Part shown: piece by piece, positions 1-8,373 of the stretch | Layout: every line of letters begins with the position of its first letter | Numbering within the stretch: position 1 is the first letter of the stretch | Sequence record: MK250028.1 | DNA length: 64,000 bases | Reading direction: 5' to 3' (one strand) | The notes under the pieces: generated by a model | What the model saw: only the letters and a program-made list of their open reading frames with translations | What the model was told of the DNA's origin: nothing | Database searches by the model: none | Position numbers and translations under genes: made by a program

Positions 1-13
1 ATATCATGATTGG

Positions 14-295
14 ATGAATAAAGATATTCCATATGAATTTTATCGTGAATGTAGACATTCACCAGATGTTTTTGGAATTATATATAATGTCACGACAAAG
101 GAATTAAAGTCTCCTACTGAATTTGGTAGAAATAGAGATATTCATTTATTTACTACAAAGGAAGAATGTAATAATTTTATTGATTCATGTAATAAAATTA
201 TATTGGATAGAATAATAAAATATTATAATGAAAAGATTTCACAGTATACTTCTACTGTAAATGAAATTAAAGCAAAATTTGATAGTATTTTATAA
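14..295 (+). CDS. hypothetical protein
   Basis: 93-aa ORF ending TAA, followed by a hairpin terminator; may start upstream of the window. Confidence 0.6.
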   Translation: MNKDIPYEFYRECRHSPDVFGIIYNVTTKELKSPTEFGRNRDIHLFTTKEECNNFIDSCNKIILDRIIKYYNEKISQYTSTVNEIKAKFDSIL

Positions 296-335
296 GAATT
301 TTATTGGGTTTTACTTAATTTTTCTCAATATTTTT

Positions 336-374
336 GAAGTTTTATTAAAGTTATAAGAATTTTAATAAAACTTC
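336..374 (+). terminator. intrinsic terminator
   Basis: 14-bp inverted repeat GAAGTTTTATTAAA/TTTAATAAAACTTC followed by a T tract. Confidence 0.7.
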
Positions 375-427
375 ATTTTTTTATATGTGTTTATACTAGA
401 TAAATAATAAAAATGATTTTTTAATAA

Positions 428-703
428 ATGGAACCAAAGAAACATACTTCACGTGATGGTGGTTTAGACGTAGTAGATGTTAACGATACACCAGAGGACG
501 TATATATGGATTCATTCTTAGAAGATGGCGATGACGGTTTTGCAGAGAATTTGGAACCAGATAAGATGCCAGCAGAAGACTTAAGAATTGAAGCATTGAA
601 GAGAGCTATAGATATTGCAAAACTTATGAGTAATGTTACTACACAGGATGTTATTAACATTGCGGCTAAAATTGCTGATTATATCAGTAACACACAAATT
701 TAA
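428..703 (+). CDS. small acidic protein, paralog of 728-1123
   Basis: acidic N-terminus plus helical domain LRIEALKRAIDIAKLMSNVTTQDVINIA shared with the next gene. Confidence 0.75.
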   Translation: MEPKKHTSRDGGLDVVDVNDTPEDVYMDSFLEDGDDGFAENLEPDKMPAEDLRIEALKRAIDIAKLMSNVTTQDVINIAAKIADYISNTQI

Positions 704-727
704 AATATACATATTTAATATATAACA

Positions 728-1123
728 ATGAATACAACAACATTAAAAGAAAGATTAGGTCTTGATGAAGACGCTGTTTTCGAAGATGGAGCGACAACTG
801 CAACAGATGACGGTATGACTGATGAGGAACTTAAGATCGAATCTTTGAAGATCGCTACAAATATCGGTAAACTTATGAGTAATGTAACAACAGAAGATAT
901 TGTTAGTATCGCCGAGACAGTTGCCAAGTTTATCAAAGGTGGCGAAGGCGCATCTCTTGAAACATCAAATGATAATTCTTCTGATGAAAGTTCAGATGAT
1001 ACTGAGGAAGAAGCAGAAGATTTCGATACAAATGATGAAGATACATCTGATAACAGTGGAGAAGAAACAGATGAGACTATTTCTCCGGTTGCTGGTGAAG
1101 ATGAAGAAGATTTTGAAGTTTAA
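728..1123 (+). CDS. small acidic protein, paralog of 428-703
   Basis: LKIESLKIATNIGKLMSNVTTEDIVSIA domain plus D/E-rich C-terminal tail. Confidence 0.8.
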   Translation: MNTTTLKERLGLDEDAVFEDGATTATDDGMTDEELKIESLKIATNIGKLMSNVTTEDIVSIAETVAKFIKGGEGASLETSNDNSSDESSDDTEEEAEDFDTNDEDTSDNSGEETDETISPVAGEDEEDFEV

Positions 1124-1245
1124 TCATAAAGGAATAACATTATTTAACGATTTTGTTATTCCTTATTTTTATAATTTAAGTAAACTATTTCATGTATTCT
1201 GTATATAATCTTTAAATTGTTTAATAAAAATAAAGAAATAAGTTT

Positions 1246-1770
1246 ATGACAGAAGTAAATGTGAATGGATCTATTGATCTTAATTTGAACCGTGGTAAGA
1301 GAGTGAATAATGATAAACGTCCACGTATTAAGCGAGAGGAACGTAAGCCACGTGTTAAGACAGATGAAGAGTATATTGCGCAGCTTGAAACAGCTATGCA
1401 GAAAGCAGGTGGACGTTATGTAAAGTTTGATGATATTGATCATACAGAGGGATTGATGGTTGCAGGAGTGCAATGTAAAAACGGTAATTATATGTTTGCC
1501 GTTATGAATCGTGATCGAAAGGTACAGCTTGTTGGTAATAATGAGCATTTCTCAGTTATTCGTGATGTTCCAGCAAGTCTTTATGTATTGGATTATGTAT
1601 ATCATCGTGACCCTGAGATTTTGCTGAATATTGTTGATGCAACATTCTATCAGGATGAGATTAAGTTGATCACTAAGATGTATATTAAGGTTGCAAAGAA
1701 AGTTAATAAGGATAATAAGAAAAACACAAAGAAATCAAAGAAGAACACTAAGAAAAACACAAAGAAGTGA
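1246..1770 (+). CDS. hypothetical protein with Lys-rich KKNTKK repeat tail
   Basis: 174-aa ORF, basic termini, followed by a hairpin terminator. Confidence 0.75.
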   Translation: MTEVNVNGSIDLNLNRGKRVNNDKRPRIKREERKPRVKTDEEYIAQLETAMQKAGGRYVKFDDIDHTEGLMVAGVQCKNGNYMFAVMNRDRKVQLVGNNEHFSVIRDVPASLYVLDYVYHRDPEILLNIVDATFYQDEIKLITKMYIKVAKKVNKDNKKNTKKSKKNTKKNTKK

Positions 1771-1901
1771 TTAATAGATTTAATTTAGTTTACTTCTAAA
1801 TATAAAGAGATATATTCTAATATAGAGTATATCTCTTTTTTCATAAACTTAATTTTAATTTTAACATATAATATATAAAGATATAATATTTTTTATAATA
1901 A

Positions 1902-2300
1902 ATGGAAAAATTAAATTCATTCAAGGAACTGTTTACATGGAATAAAGATGAACAACAAGATTTGGAATTTGAAAATCTGAATCTTATAACTGCTGTTTAT
2001 TCTGCACAACGAATTGATTTGATACGGAGTGAATTTAAACGAACATATAAAGAATTAACAGATTTATTAGATATAAGGAAATCAAATGAATCGCTGAAAG
2101 CAAGGATTAATAATTTTAATTCAGAAGATTGGATACATAAAGTATATTCATTGATGAATGCGTCCGTAAAGAAATATGATGATTTAATGTATGCGATAAA
2201 TTTTCATAATATATTATTTCCTGATGAACCTGCATTAGGATTAGATGAAGATGAAATAAAAGTTATAAATCAAATAAAAGGAATAGAGTTTATTACATAA
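1902..2300 (+). CDS. hypothetical protein
   Basis: 132-aa ORF ending TAA, terminator hairpin downstream. Confidence 0.7.
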   Translation: MEKLNSFKELFTWNKDEQQDLEFENLNLITAVYSAQRIDLIRSEFKRTYKELTDLLDIRKSNESLKARINNFNSEDWIHKVYSLMNASVKKYDDLMYAINFHNILFPDEPALGLDEDEIKVINQIKGIEFIT

Positions 2301-2360
2301 TAAAAATGGGGATATAACAAATTGTATGTTATATCCCTTTACTTGTTAATAGTTATTTAA

Positions 2361-2612
2361 TCAAAAGATACAATGTAGTATTCCACCTATGCAGATTACC
2401 AATGTATATTTTAACATATCTTTGTGATTGCATACGTCACACTTTTCTGTTTGCATATGATGTACATAACAAGAGTGTACGATCATCGCTAAGATTGAAA
2501 ATGTAAATCCAGTTAACAAAGAAATTAATAACCATGCTATGAACATGATAGCATTCCCGTTATTTGTTTTTACATCATTCCAAACTTCCTTAAGTATTTC
2601 CAATATGTACAA
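2361..2612 (-). CDS. small membrane protein
   Basis: hydrophobic segments; start codon uncertain (TTG). Confidence 0.45.
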   Translation of the reverse strand: MYILEILKEVWNDVKTNNGNAIMFIAWLLISLLTGFTFSILAMIVHSCYVHHMQTEKCDVCNHKDMLKYTLVICIGGILHCIF

Positions 2613-2814
2613 GCCAAAAGTTATGAAGAACTATTTAACTGAATCAAATGTTAATCCCTTAAAGAAATTAACTAAATTTAAAAAAGAATTTAACATATCA
2701 AATTATAAATAACTATTTTTAGTATGTTATTAGTAAAACATACCTATATATTTATTAAACTATTTTACTTTATAATTATATAAACAATATGAAGTTAGAT
2801 TAATTTTAAATAAA

Positions 2815-3351
2815 ATGAAAGAACAAAGATATACAATAAAGGATGCAGAGGAAATGTCTTATAATGAAGATATTATCTGTTTTTGGAAACCATACGGAAT
2901 AAATGAAATAGGTCCACATGTATTGTGTCAGTGGTATAAGTCAATATTTAGTGATGATAAGAATACTTATTCTTGCACTGAACAATATATGATGTATCAG
3001 AAAGCTATTTTGTTTGGCGATGATGAAATTGCAAGGAAAATTCTTCAAGAAAAACGTCCAGATCAAATGAAGAAATACGGAAGACTTATTAAGAATTTCG
3101 ATGAAAAAGTTTGGAATGAAAATAAGTTTATGATTGTATATAATGGTAATTATCTTAAGTTCACGCAAAATAAGAAACTTAAGGATTATCTTAAATCTAC
3201 AGGAAATTCTATATTGGTAGAAGCATCTCCATATGATGCTGTATGGGGAGTAAAAATGTCAATGGATAATGACGATATTTTATATCCAGAAAAGTGGAAT
3301 GGACAGAATTTATTAGGATTTGCACTGATGCAAGTAAGAGATGATATTTAA
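2815..3351 (+). CDS. NADAR family protein (YbiA/DUF1768-like ADP-ribosyl hydrolase)
   Basis: motifs EQYMMYQKAILFGD, LVEASPYDAVWG and WNGQNLLGFALMQVR. Confidence 0.92.
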   Translation: MKEQRYTIKDAEEMSYNEDIICFWKPYGINEIGPHVLCQWYKSIFSDDKNTYSCTEQYMMYQKAILFGDDEIARKILQEKRPDQMKKYGRLIKNFDEKVWNENKFMIVYNGNYLKFTQNKKLKDYLKSTGNSILVEASPYDAVWGVKMSMDNDDILYPEKWNGQNLLGFALMQVRDDI

Positions 3352-3370
3352 TATTTAATTTTATATAACT

Positions 3371-3886
3371 ATGAATATACAAGAGATTTTAGGAGAGATT
3401 AAGAAATTATCTGATGATGATATTGTAAAGTTTAATAAGGAGTTTTCCACTTTTTATAAGCCATTTAAGAAGAAGGAAGATGAGATTAAAAAAGAGCAGA
3501 AAAAGAAAGAAGATGAATTGAAGCTTGTTCGTGTAAAAGAAATAGGTGATAAAATTTGTGAACTATATGAAATAAATGGATTTCCAGTTTCAAGTGTACA
3601 TAAGTGTAATGATGCACCTTACTCTACATATGAAGATTATGGTGGATATGTATTGGATGACTGTGATATAGAACCATATATTAAAAAAGTAGATGAGGAG
3701 ACGGATAAAGAATTAGATAAATTATTTAACGATTTTTATAATAATATGTCTGATAAAGAATATCTTAATGAGAAAAAAGAAGCTGATGATTTATATCCAG
3801 GTGATACAATATTTAACTTCTATATGAAAGGTGGAACATTTAAAAAAGTAATGGACAATGAAGTGGAATCTGTTATTACAGTTTAA
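3371..3886 (+). CDS. hypothetical protein
   Basis: 171-aa ORF in a tightly packed early gene run. Confidence 0.7.
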   Translation: MNIQEILGEIKKLSDDDIVKFNKEFSTFYKPFKKKEDEIKKEQKKKEDELKLVRVKEIGDKICELYEINGFPVSSVHKCNDAPYSTYEDYGGYVLDDCDIEPYIKKVDEETDKELDKLFNDFYNNMSDKEYLNEKKEADDLYPGDTIFNFYMKGGTFKKVMDNEVESVITV

Positions 3887-4163
3887 GAATTATATAAAAT
3901 ATAAAACACCTTGGAAATATTGTCAATATAATAAACAACTATATAAAAATGATAAATTCCGAATAGAATATTTTTGGAGAAGAGAAAATCATTTTGCGAT
4001 AGGTTTTTATTATGATGGAAATTTTCATACAGAAGTATGGTCTAATAATGAAAGTTGGTTTGTAAATAAAATATATATTAATTTTATATATGCATCATTT
4101 TTAATTGTTACAAAGAAAAAGTTATATTGTAAATATCCAGATGATTATTTTGATTTGAATTAA
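3858..4163 (+). CDS. hypothetical protein
   Basis: 101-aa ORF overlapping the previous gene. Confidence 0.6.
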   Translation: MKWNLLLQFKNYIKYKTPWKYCQYNKQLYKNDKFRIEYFWRRENHFAIGFYYDGNFHTEVWSNNESWFVNKIYINFIYASFLIVTKKKLYCKYPDDYFDLN

Positions 4164-4165
4164 TT

Positions 4166-4366
4166 ATGAAATTATATCAGATTTATACCAAAGGTAATTA
4201 TTGTAGTGGTGGATTTAATGAATCTTTTGATGAACCTATGGATGGTCCAGCATATAAAACAATTTTCACTACATATGAAAAAGCAAAAGAACATTTACCA
4301 GAAAAACATGGTGATAGATTTACAGGTTTTTCTGAGTATTATATAAAAGAAGTTGAAATAGAATGA
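4166..4366 (+). CDS. hypothetical protein
   Basis: 66-aa ORF, ATGA overlap with the next gene. Confidence 0.65.
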   Translation: MKLYQIYTKGNYCSGGFNESFDEPMDGPAYKTIFTTYEKAKEHLPEKHGDRFTGFSEYYIKEVEIE

Positions 4367-4731
4367 TTGATAATACGAAAGAATATATTGTATGTGCTGC
4401 TTATCTACAAACTAGAAATACTAGTAATAGACAAAATATGATAGATAAACAAGGTAAAGATCCAAAATCAATATATTATGAACCACATAATCAAGTATTT
4501 GATATGAGATTGGGGTTTAGACATCCTGATATTATATATCAATATGGTGATGAAATAAACAATAAAGAATCTGATGGTGGATTTATGACATCAAAAGGAA
4601 GATATGTAGGAAGAGTAGAAGCAATGAAAATAGCTTATGAATGTGGTCAAGTATCCAAGGAAAAAGCTATCAGGAATGATAAGTATATAAAGAATGGATA
4701 TTGGCCATTATATTCAGAAGATATTTATTAA
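4363..4731 (+). CDS. conserved phage hypothetical protein
   Basis: pattern GFRHPDII...GFMTSKGRYVGRVEAMKIA...LYSEDIY recalled from other phage hypotheticals. Confidence 0.7.
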   Translation: MIDNTKEYIVCAAYLQTRNTSNRQNMIDKQGKDPKSIYYEPHNQVFDMRLGFRHPDIIYQYGDEINNKESDGGFMTSKGRYVGRVEAMKIAYECGQVSKEKAIRNDKYIKNGYWPLYSEDIY

Positions 4732-4743
4732 TTTTAATACAAT

Positions 4744-4998
4744 ATGAAAAAGAATAAAATTACTATTGAACTATCAAATTCTGAAATTAATAGATTAACT
4801 AATCTGTTATTTAAAGGTACTGCATATGATGAAACTTATTATGATAAACGAACATGCACATTGGATGAAAAATTCAGAGAGAATTTTTGTCAGATGCTTG
4901 TAGATGGTTCAGAAAAATATAAAGATAAAAATATTAAAGTAACAACCTTTAATGGTATATTAAAAGATGTAGATAAAGATTATTACTTGTTTAATTAA
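4744..4998 (+). CDS. hypothetical protein
   Basis: 84-aa ORF in the operon-like run. Confidence 0.65.
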   Translation: MKKNKITIELSNSEINRLTNLLFKGTAYDETYYDKRTCTLDEKFRENFCQMLVDGSEKYKDKNIKVTTFNGILKDVDKDYYLFN

Positions 4999-5001
4999 AT
5001 T

Positions 5002-5310
5002 ATGAGTATGACATTAGATGAAGCTATTAAGCATGCAGATGAAGTATCAGAAACATGTGATAATAGAGATTGTGGATTAGAACATAAGCAACTTGCTAGT
5101 TGGTTGAGAGAACTTAAGGAATTAAGGAATAAACATATTCAAGATGAGTTAGAGAAAGATGCTACATTTTATGCAGATAAAACTATTTACGAAGGGAGTA
5201 TATATGGATTTCCATCAGGTGATGTTAGAGAGAAATATAATGCCGTAAAATGTGCATATAAAGAAGGATTCTGCGCATGTTTAAATAAAAATATTAATAC
5301 AAATGAGTGA
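5002..5310 (+). CDS. hypothetical protein
   Basis: MTLDEAIKHA...EHKQLASWLRELKELR helical phage hypothetical. Confidence 0.7.
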   Translation: MSMTLDEAIKHADEVSETCDNRDCGLEHKQLASWLRELKELRNKHIQDELEKDATFYADKTIYEGSIYGFPSGDVREKYNAVKCAYKEGFCACLNKNINTNE

Positions 5311-5614
5311 GATAAGAAAAGGATGCTATATGCATACATCATATAATGGTCCATGTGATGATGAGGAAACATGGATTTTCCCTGATGGATTTGAAGGTGT
5401 AGATGATGATACTTATTATGAAATTGAATATGATTATCATTCAGCAGCAGATCCTATGGATCAATCATGTACATATCATGTAACATCTATTAAACCTGTT
5501 TCTATATTGATGAAGAATGCTTATGAAATTATTCAGAAATATAAATATATGCAAAATCATATAGATGAGTTTGAAAAGTGGTTAAGTGACAATTATGAAA
5601 TTAAACGAATATGA
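5303..5614 (+). CDS. hypothetical protein
   Basis: 103-aa ORF overlapping its neighbours. Confidence 0.65.
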   Translation: MSEIRKGCYMHTSYNGPCDDEETWIFPDGFEGVDDDTYYEIEYDYHSAADPMDQSCTYHVTSIKPVSILMKNAYEIIQKYKYMQNHIDEFEKWLSDNYEIKRI

Positions 5615-5945
5615 ATTATGTAAAGCTTTCATTATGCCATGTTATTGGTATATCGAAGGTGAAGAACATGAAAAATTTTATGTTGATGAACAAACATGTG
5701 ATTGGTATAATTTCATAGAAAATGATGAGTTTAATAATAACGAAAAAGAAATACGTAAATGGTGGAAAATAATGTTATATAAACCATCAAATATAGAAAC
5801 AAAGGATCTTACAGAAGAACAATGTAAATGGTTGGTTAATGAGTGTTATCATGATATGATTAATATATATGATGATAAAGAAGATGATACAGATTATGAA
5901 AAATATGAATGGGATTTTAAAAAACATTGTATAAAAAAAGATTAA
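5586..5945 (+). CDS. hypothetical protein
   Basis: 119-aa ORF; exact start uncertain. Confidence 0.6.
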   Translation: MTIMKLNEYELCKAFIMPCYWYIEGEEHEKFYVDEQTCDWYNFIENDEFNNNEKEIRKWWKIMLYKPSNIETKDLTEEQCKWLVNECYHDMINIYDDKEDDTDYEKYEWDFKKHCIKKD

Positions 5946-5975
5946 AGATATTTTTCATATTTAAATTTTAATATG

Positions 5976-5983
5976 TAACTTTG
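5976..5983 (+). promoter_or_regulatory. Bacteroidetes primary-sigma -7 box (TAnnTTTG)
   Basis: ATGTAACTTTG upstream of 6009; variant of a motif seen 7 times in intergenic gaps. Confidence 0.6.
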
Positions 5984-6008
5984 AATTATAATTTTAATTT
6001 AATATTAT

Positions 6009-6239
6009 ATGAAATATCGTATTACAAAATCAGAAAAAGGTTATCGTGCTGAAATTGGTAAACATAATGCACGAAATGGTGTATTAGAATATATATCCAT
6101 TGAGAACGATAATAATTATTTGTGTAGTTGTGAAACTTATTATGAAACCGAGATTGATGCAATTGAAGCATGTAAGAAACATCATCATGAAAAGGGATAT
6201 GATAAATTACCTAAAGTAGTAGATGAGTTTGAACTTTAA
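6009..6239 (+). CDS. hypothetical protein
   Basis: 76-aa ORF downstream of a promoter motif. Confidence 0.7.
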   Translation: MKYRITKSEKGYRAEIGKHNARNGVLEYISIENDNNYLCSCETYYETEIDAIEACKKHHHEKGYDKLPKVVDEFEL

Positions 6240-6250
6240 ATTTATATATT

Positions 6251-6640
6251 ATGTGGTTAGCAAGGGATAAAGGCTTCGAATCATGCGGTAATGGATTTAT
6301 TCTTGGTGATGTTCATCTTTTTTCAAAGAAACCAAAACGTAAAATTAATAAAGATCGTAAGTGGGAGAAAGAACCATCTATATGGGATGGACATTGTGCA
6401 AAGATGAAGCTTAAATCGGATGAATATCCTGATTTAAAATGGGAAGATGAACCATTAGAAGTTGATTTAGATATTAATCATAATAGATGGGATTTAGATA
6501 TTTGTAAATATTTAACTGCTATTGAGAATATTGCAGGATGTTATGAAAATAAATTTACTAATGATAATCAAGGTTCAAAAATCTGTAATGAAATTTATAA
6601 TAAAGTAAAAGAGTTAAAACAATTATTAGTTTTAAAATAA
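6251..6640 (+). CDS. conserved phage hypothetical protein
   Basis: MWLARDK...LFSKKP...LKWEDEPLEV pattern. Confidence 0.7.
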   Translation: MWLARDKGFESCGNGFILGDVHLFSKKPKRKINKDRKWEKEPSIWDGHCAKMKLKSDEYPDLKWEDEPLEVDLDINHNRWDLDICKYLTAIENIAGCYENKFTNDNQGSKICNEIYNKVKELKQLLVLK

Positions 6641-6676
6641 GTTTAAGAATATCTTTCTTATTCCAATAAAAATATG

Positions 6677-6684
6677 TATCTTTG
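6677..6684 (+). promoter_or_regulatory. Bacteroidetes -7 box TATCTTTG
   Basis: ATATGTATCTTTGTA upstream of 6718. Confidence 0.7.
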
Positions 6685-6717
6685 TAATAGAGTTTAATAA
6701 CAATTAAAAGATATATT

Positions 6718-7182
6718 ATGGATAAGAAAGATATTCTTTATAATTTAAAGAAGGTTAATAAGTATATTGATTATAAAATAGGCGATTGGGTAGAAACATG
6801 TAACATGCTTCCAGGTATTGTACAAGAAATTCATAATTATTATGATCCAAGAAAAAATATGCAATGCTTTGTAGAAGATGTTATTATTTATTATCCACAT
6901 TATGCTATTGATAATCCAGATTATCATGGTGGTTCATCATGTTCAATTACAGGATGTGGTGTTCATCAGATTTCGCAGGAATATGTAAAGATATTATTTT
7001 CATTAGGTTATGATAAACTTGTTAATCTGTGGAATGATTATAAATTAAAGGATGATGAAATATCATGGGATGATTTTGTCAAGAAAGAATATGATAAACT
7101 TTCTGACGAAGAGAAATTAAATGGTATTATATTATTTAATATCGGCGAAGAATATTCACGAAAAATTAAAGATATAAAATAA
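6718..7182 (+). CDS. hypothetical protein
   Basis: 154-aa ORF. Confidence 0.7.
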   Translation: MDKKDILYNLKKVNKYIDYKIGDWVETCNMLPGIVQEIHNYYDPRKNMQCFVEDVIIYYPHYAIDNPDYHGGSSCSITGCGVHQISQEYVKILFSLGYDKLVNLWNDYKLKDDEISWDDFVKKEYDKLSDEEKLNGIILFNIGEEYSRKIKDIK

Positions 7183-7599
7183 ATGAATGATAATAAGTCA
7201 AATATAACGGGATTATATTTTGAAGATAATATGGCTGTTTTTAATAAAGCTGTAGTTTATCCTAAAAATTATAATCCTAAAACAGATTCAAAATTCATGC
7301 ATGATTTGGATTATACATCTGAATGGTGTGAACATTCTGAAGAGAGATTATTTTGGAATAATGATCTCATTGAGAATCCATTTATAACAAATGAATTTTA
7401 TTATGCAGAAATTAATCATCCTACAATGGGTAAAGCTATATATAGAAAACGAAAAAATGGTAAATATATATGGCAATTTGAAAATGAAAAAGATGTAAAG
7501 GTATCTATGAGATCATCATTTGGAAGTCAATATAAAGATATGATTAATGATGGTTATATTGTAATTAAGAAGGGACATAATAAAATTACATCAAATTAA
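7183..7599 (+). CDS. hypothetical protein
   Basis: 138-aa ORF abutting the previous stop. Confidence 0.7.
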   Translation: MNDNKSNITGLYFEDNMAVFNKAVVYPKNYNPKTDSKFMHDLDYTSEWCEHSEERLFWNNDLIENPFITNEFYYAEINHPTMGKAIYRKRKNGKYIWQFENEKDVKVSMRSSFGSQYKDMINDGYIVIKKGHNKITSN

Positions 7600-7610
7600 A
7601 ATTAAAGCGT

Positions 7611-8129
7611 ATGTATAAAGTAAAGCATATTCCAACAGGTTTGTATTATCAACCTGTTACATCATCAGGAACAAATCTTGGGAAGAAAGGAAAAATATAT
7701 GAAACATCTTCATCTTGTTTATCAGGCAGTGAAGATTATATTATTATTGATATTAAGAAAATATCTCCTATATATAGAGATTTTGCTGGTATTCTTGATA
7801 TGAAATACGGTTTAAAAAAAGCTGGTGCCAAATTTGGATATGTATATTGTAAAATTCCTAAATCAGATTTTGAAAAAGAATATTTACCTGTTGATATAAA
7901 TACATTAGAAAATATTATAAGTAAACAGAGAGAAAAATATATAGATAATGATATTGTTCAAACATGTTTAAATGAAATTATTGAACAAATAACAGGTGAA
8001 AAAGTAAATGTTAAATCAAAAAATAATGTACCTAATATAGATGAACTTGTTAAATCTGTTAGAGAAATAAAAGAATCAAAAGAAAGCGCAGAAGAACTTT
8101 TTAAAAATTTACATAGTATGTTATCATGA
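7611..8129 (+). CDS. hypothetical protein
   Basis: 172-aa ORF. Confidence 0.7.
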   Translation: MYKVKHIPTGLYYQPVTSSGTNLGKKGKIYETSSSCLSGSEDYIIIDIKKISPIYRDFAGILDMKYGLKKAGAKFGYVYCKIPKSDFEKEYLPVDINTLENIISKQREKYIDNDIVQTCLNEIIEQITGEKVNVKSKNNVPNIDELVKSVREIKESKESAEELFKNLHSMLS

Positions 8130-8329
8130 AAATATTTCAAGATGGTAATACGGATTATGATTATTATGAACATAATAATCATTTTACTGATGAGGAAGAA
8201 GATGTGATGAAAGATTATGAATGGTCTATCATGAGTCATCTATCAAAAGATGAAATAAATGAAATAAATGATTATGAATATAGTCTTTTATCTAGACAAG
8301 CAGATGATGAATATGATAATTTTTATTAA
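8126..8329 (+). CDS. small acidic hypothetical protein
   Basis: D/E/Y-rich 67-aa ORF, ATGA overlap. Confidence 0.6.
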   Translation: MKIFQDGNTDYDYYEHNNHFTDEEEDVMKDYEWSIMSHLSKDEINEINDYEYSLLSRQADDEYDNFY

Positions 8330-8335
8330 ATAATA

Positions 8336-8369
8336 AAAGAGAGTTAAGAAACGAATCTTAACTCTCTTT
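8336..8369. terminator. bidirectional intrinsic terminator
   Basis: AAAGAGAGTTAAGA/TCTTAACTCTCTTT hairpin between convergent genes. Confidence 0.75.
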
Positions 8370-8373
8370 TTCT

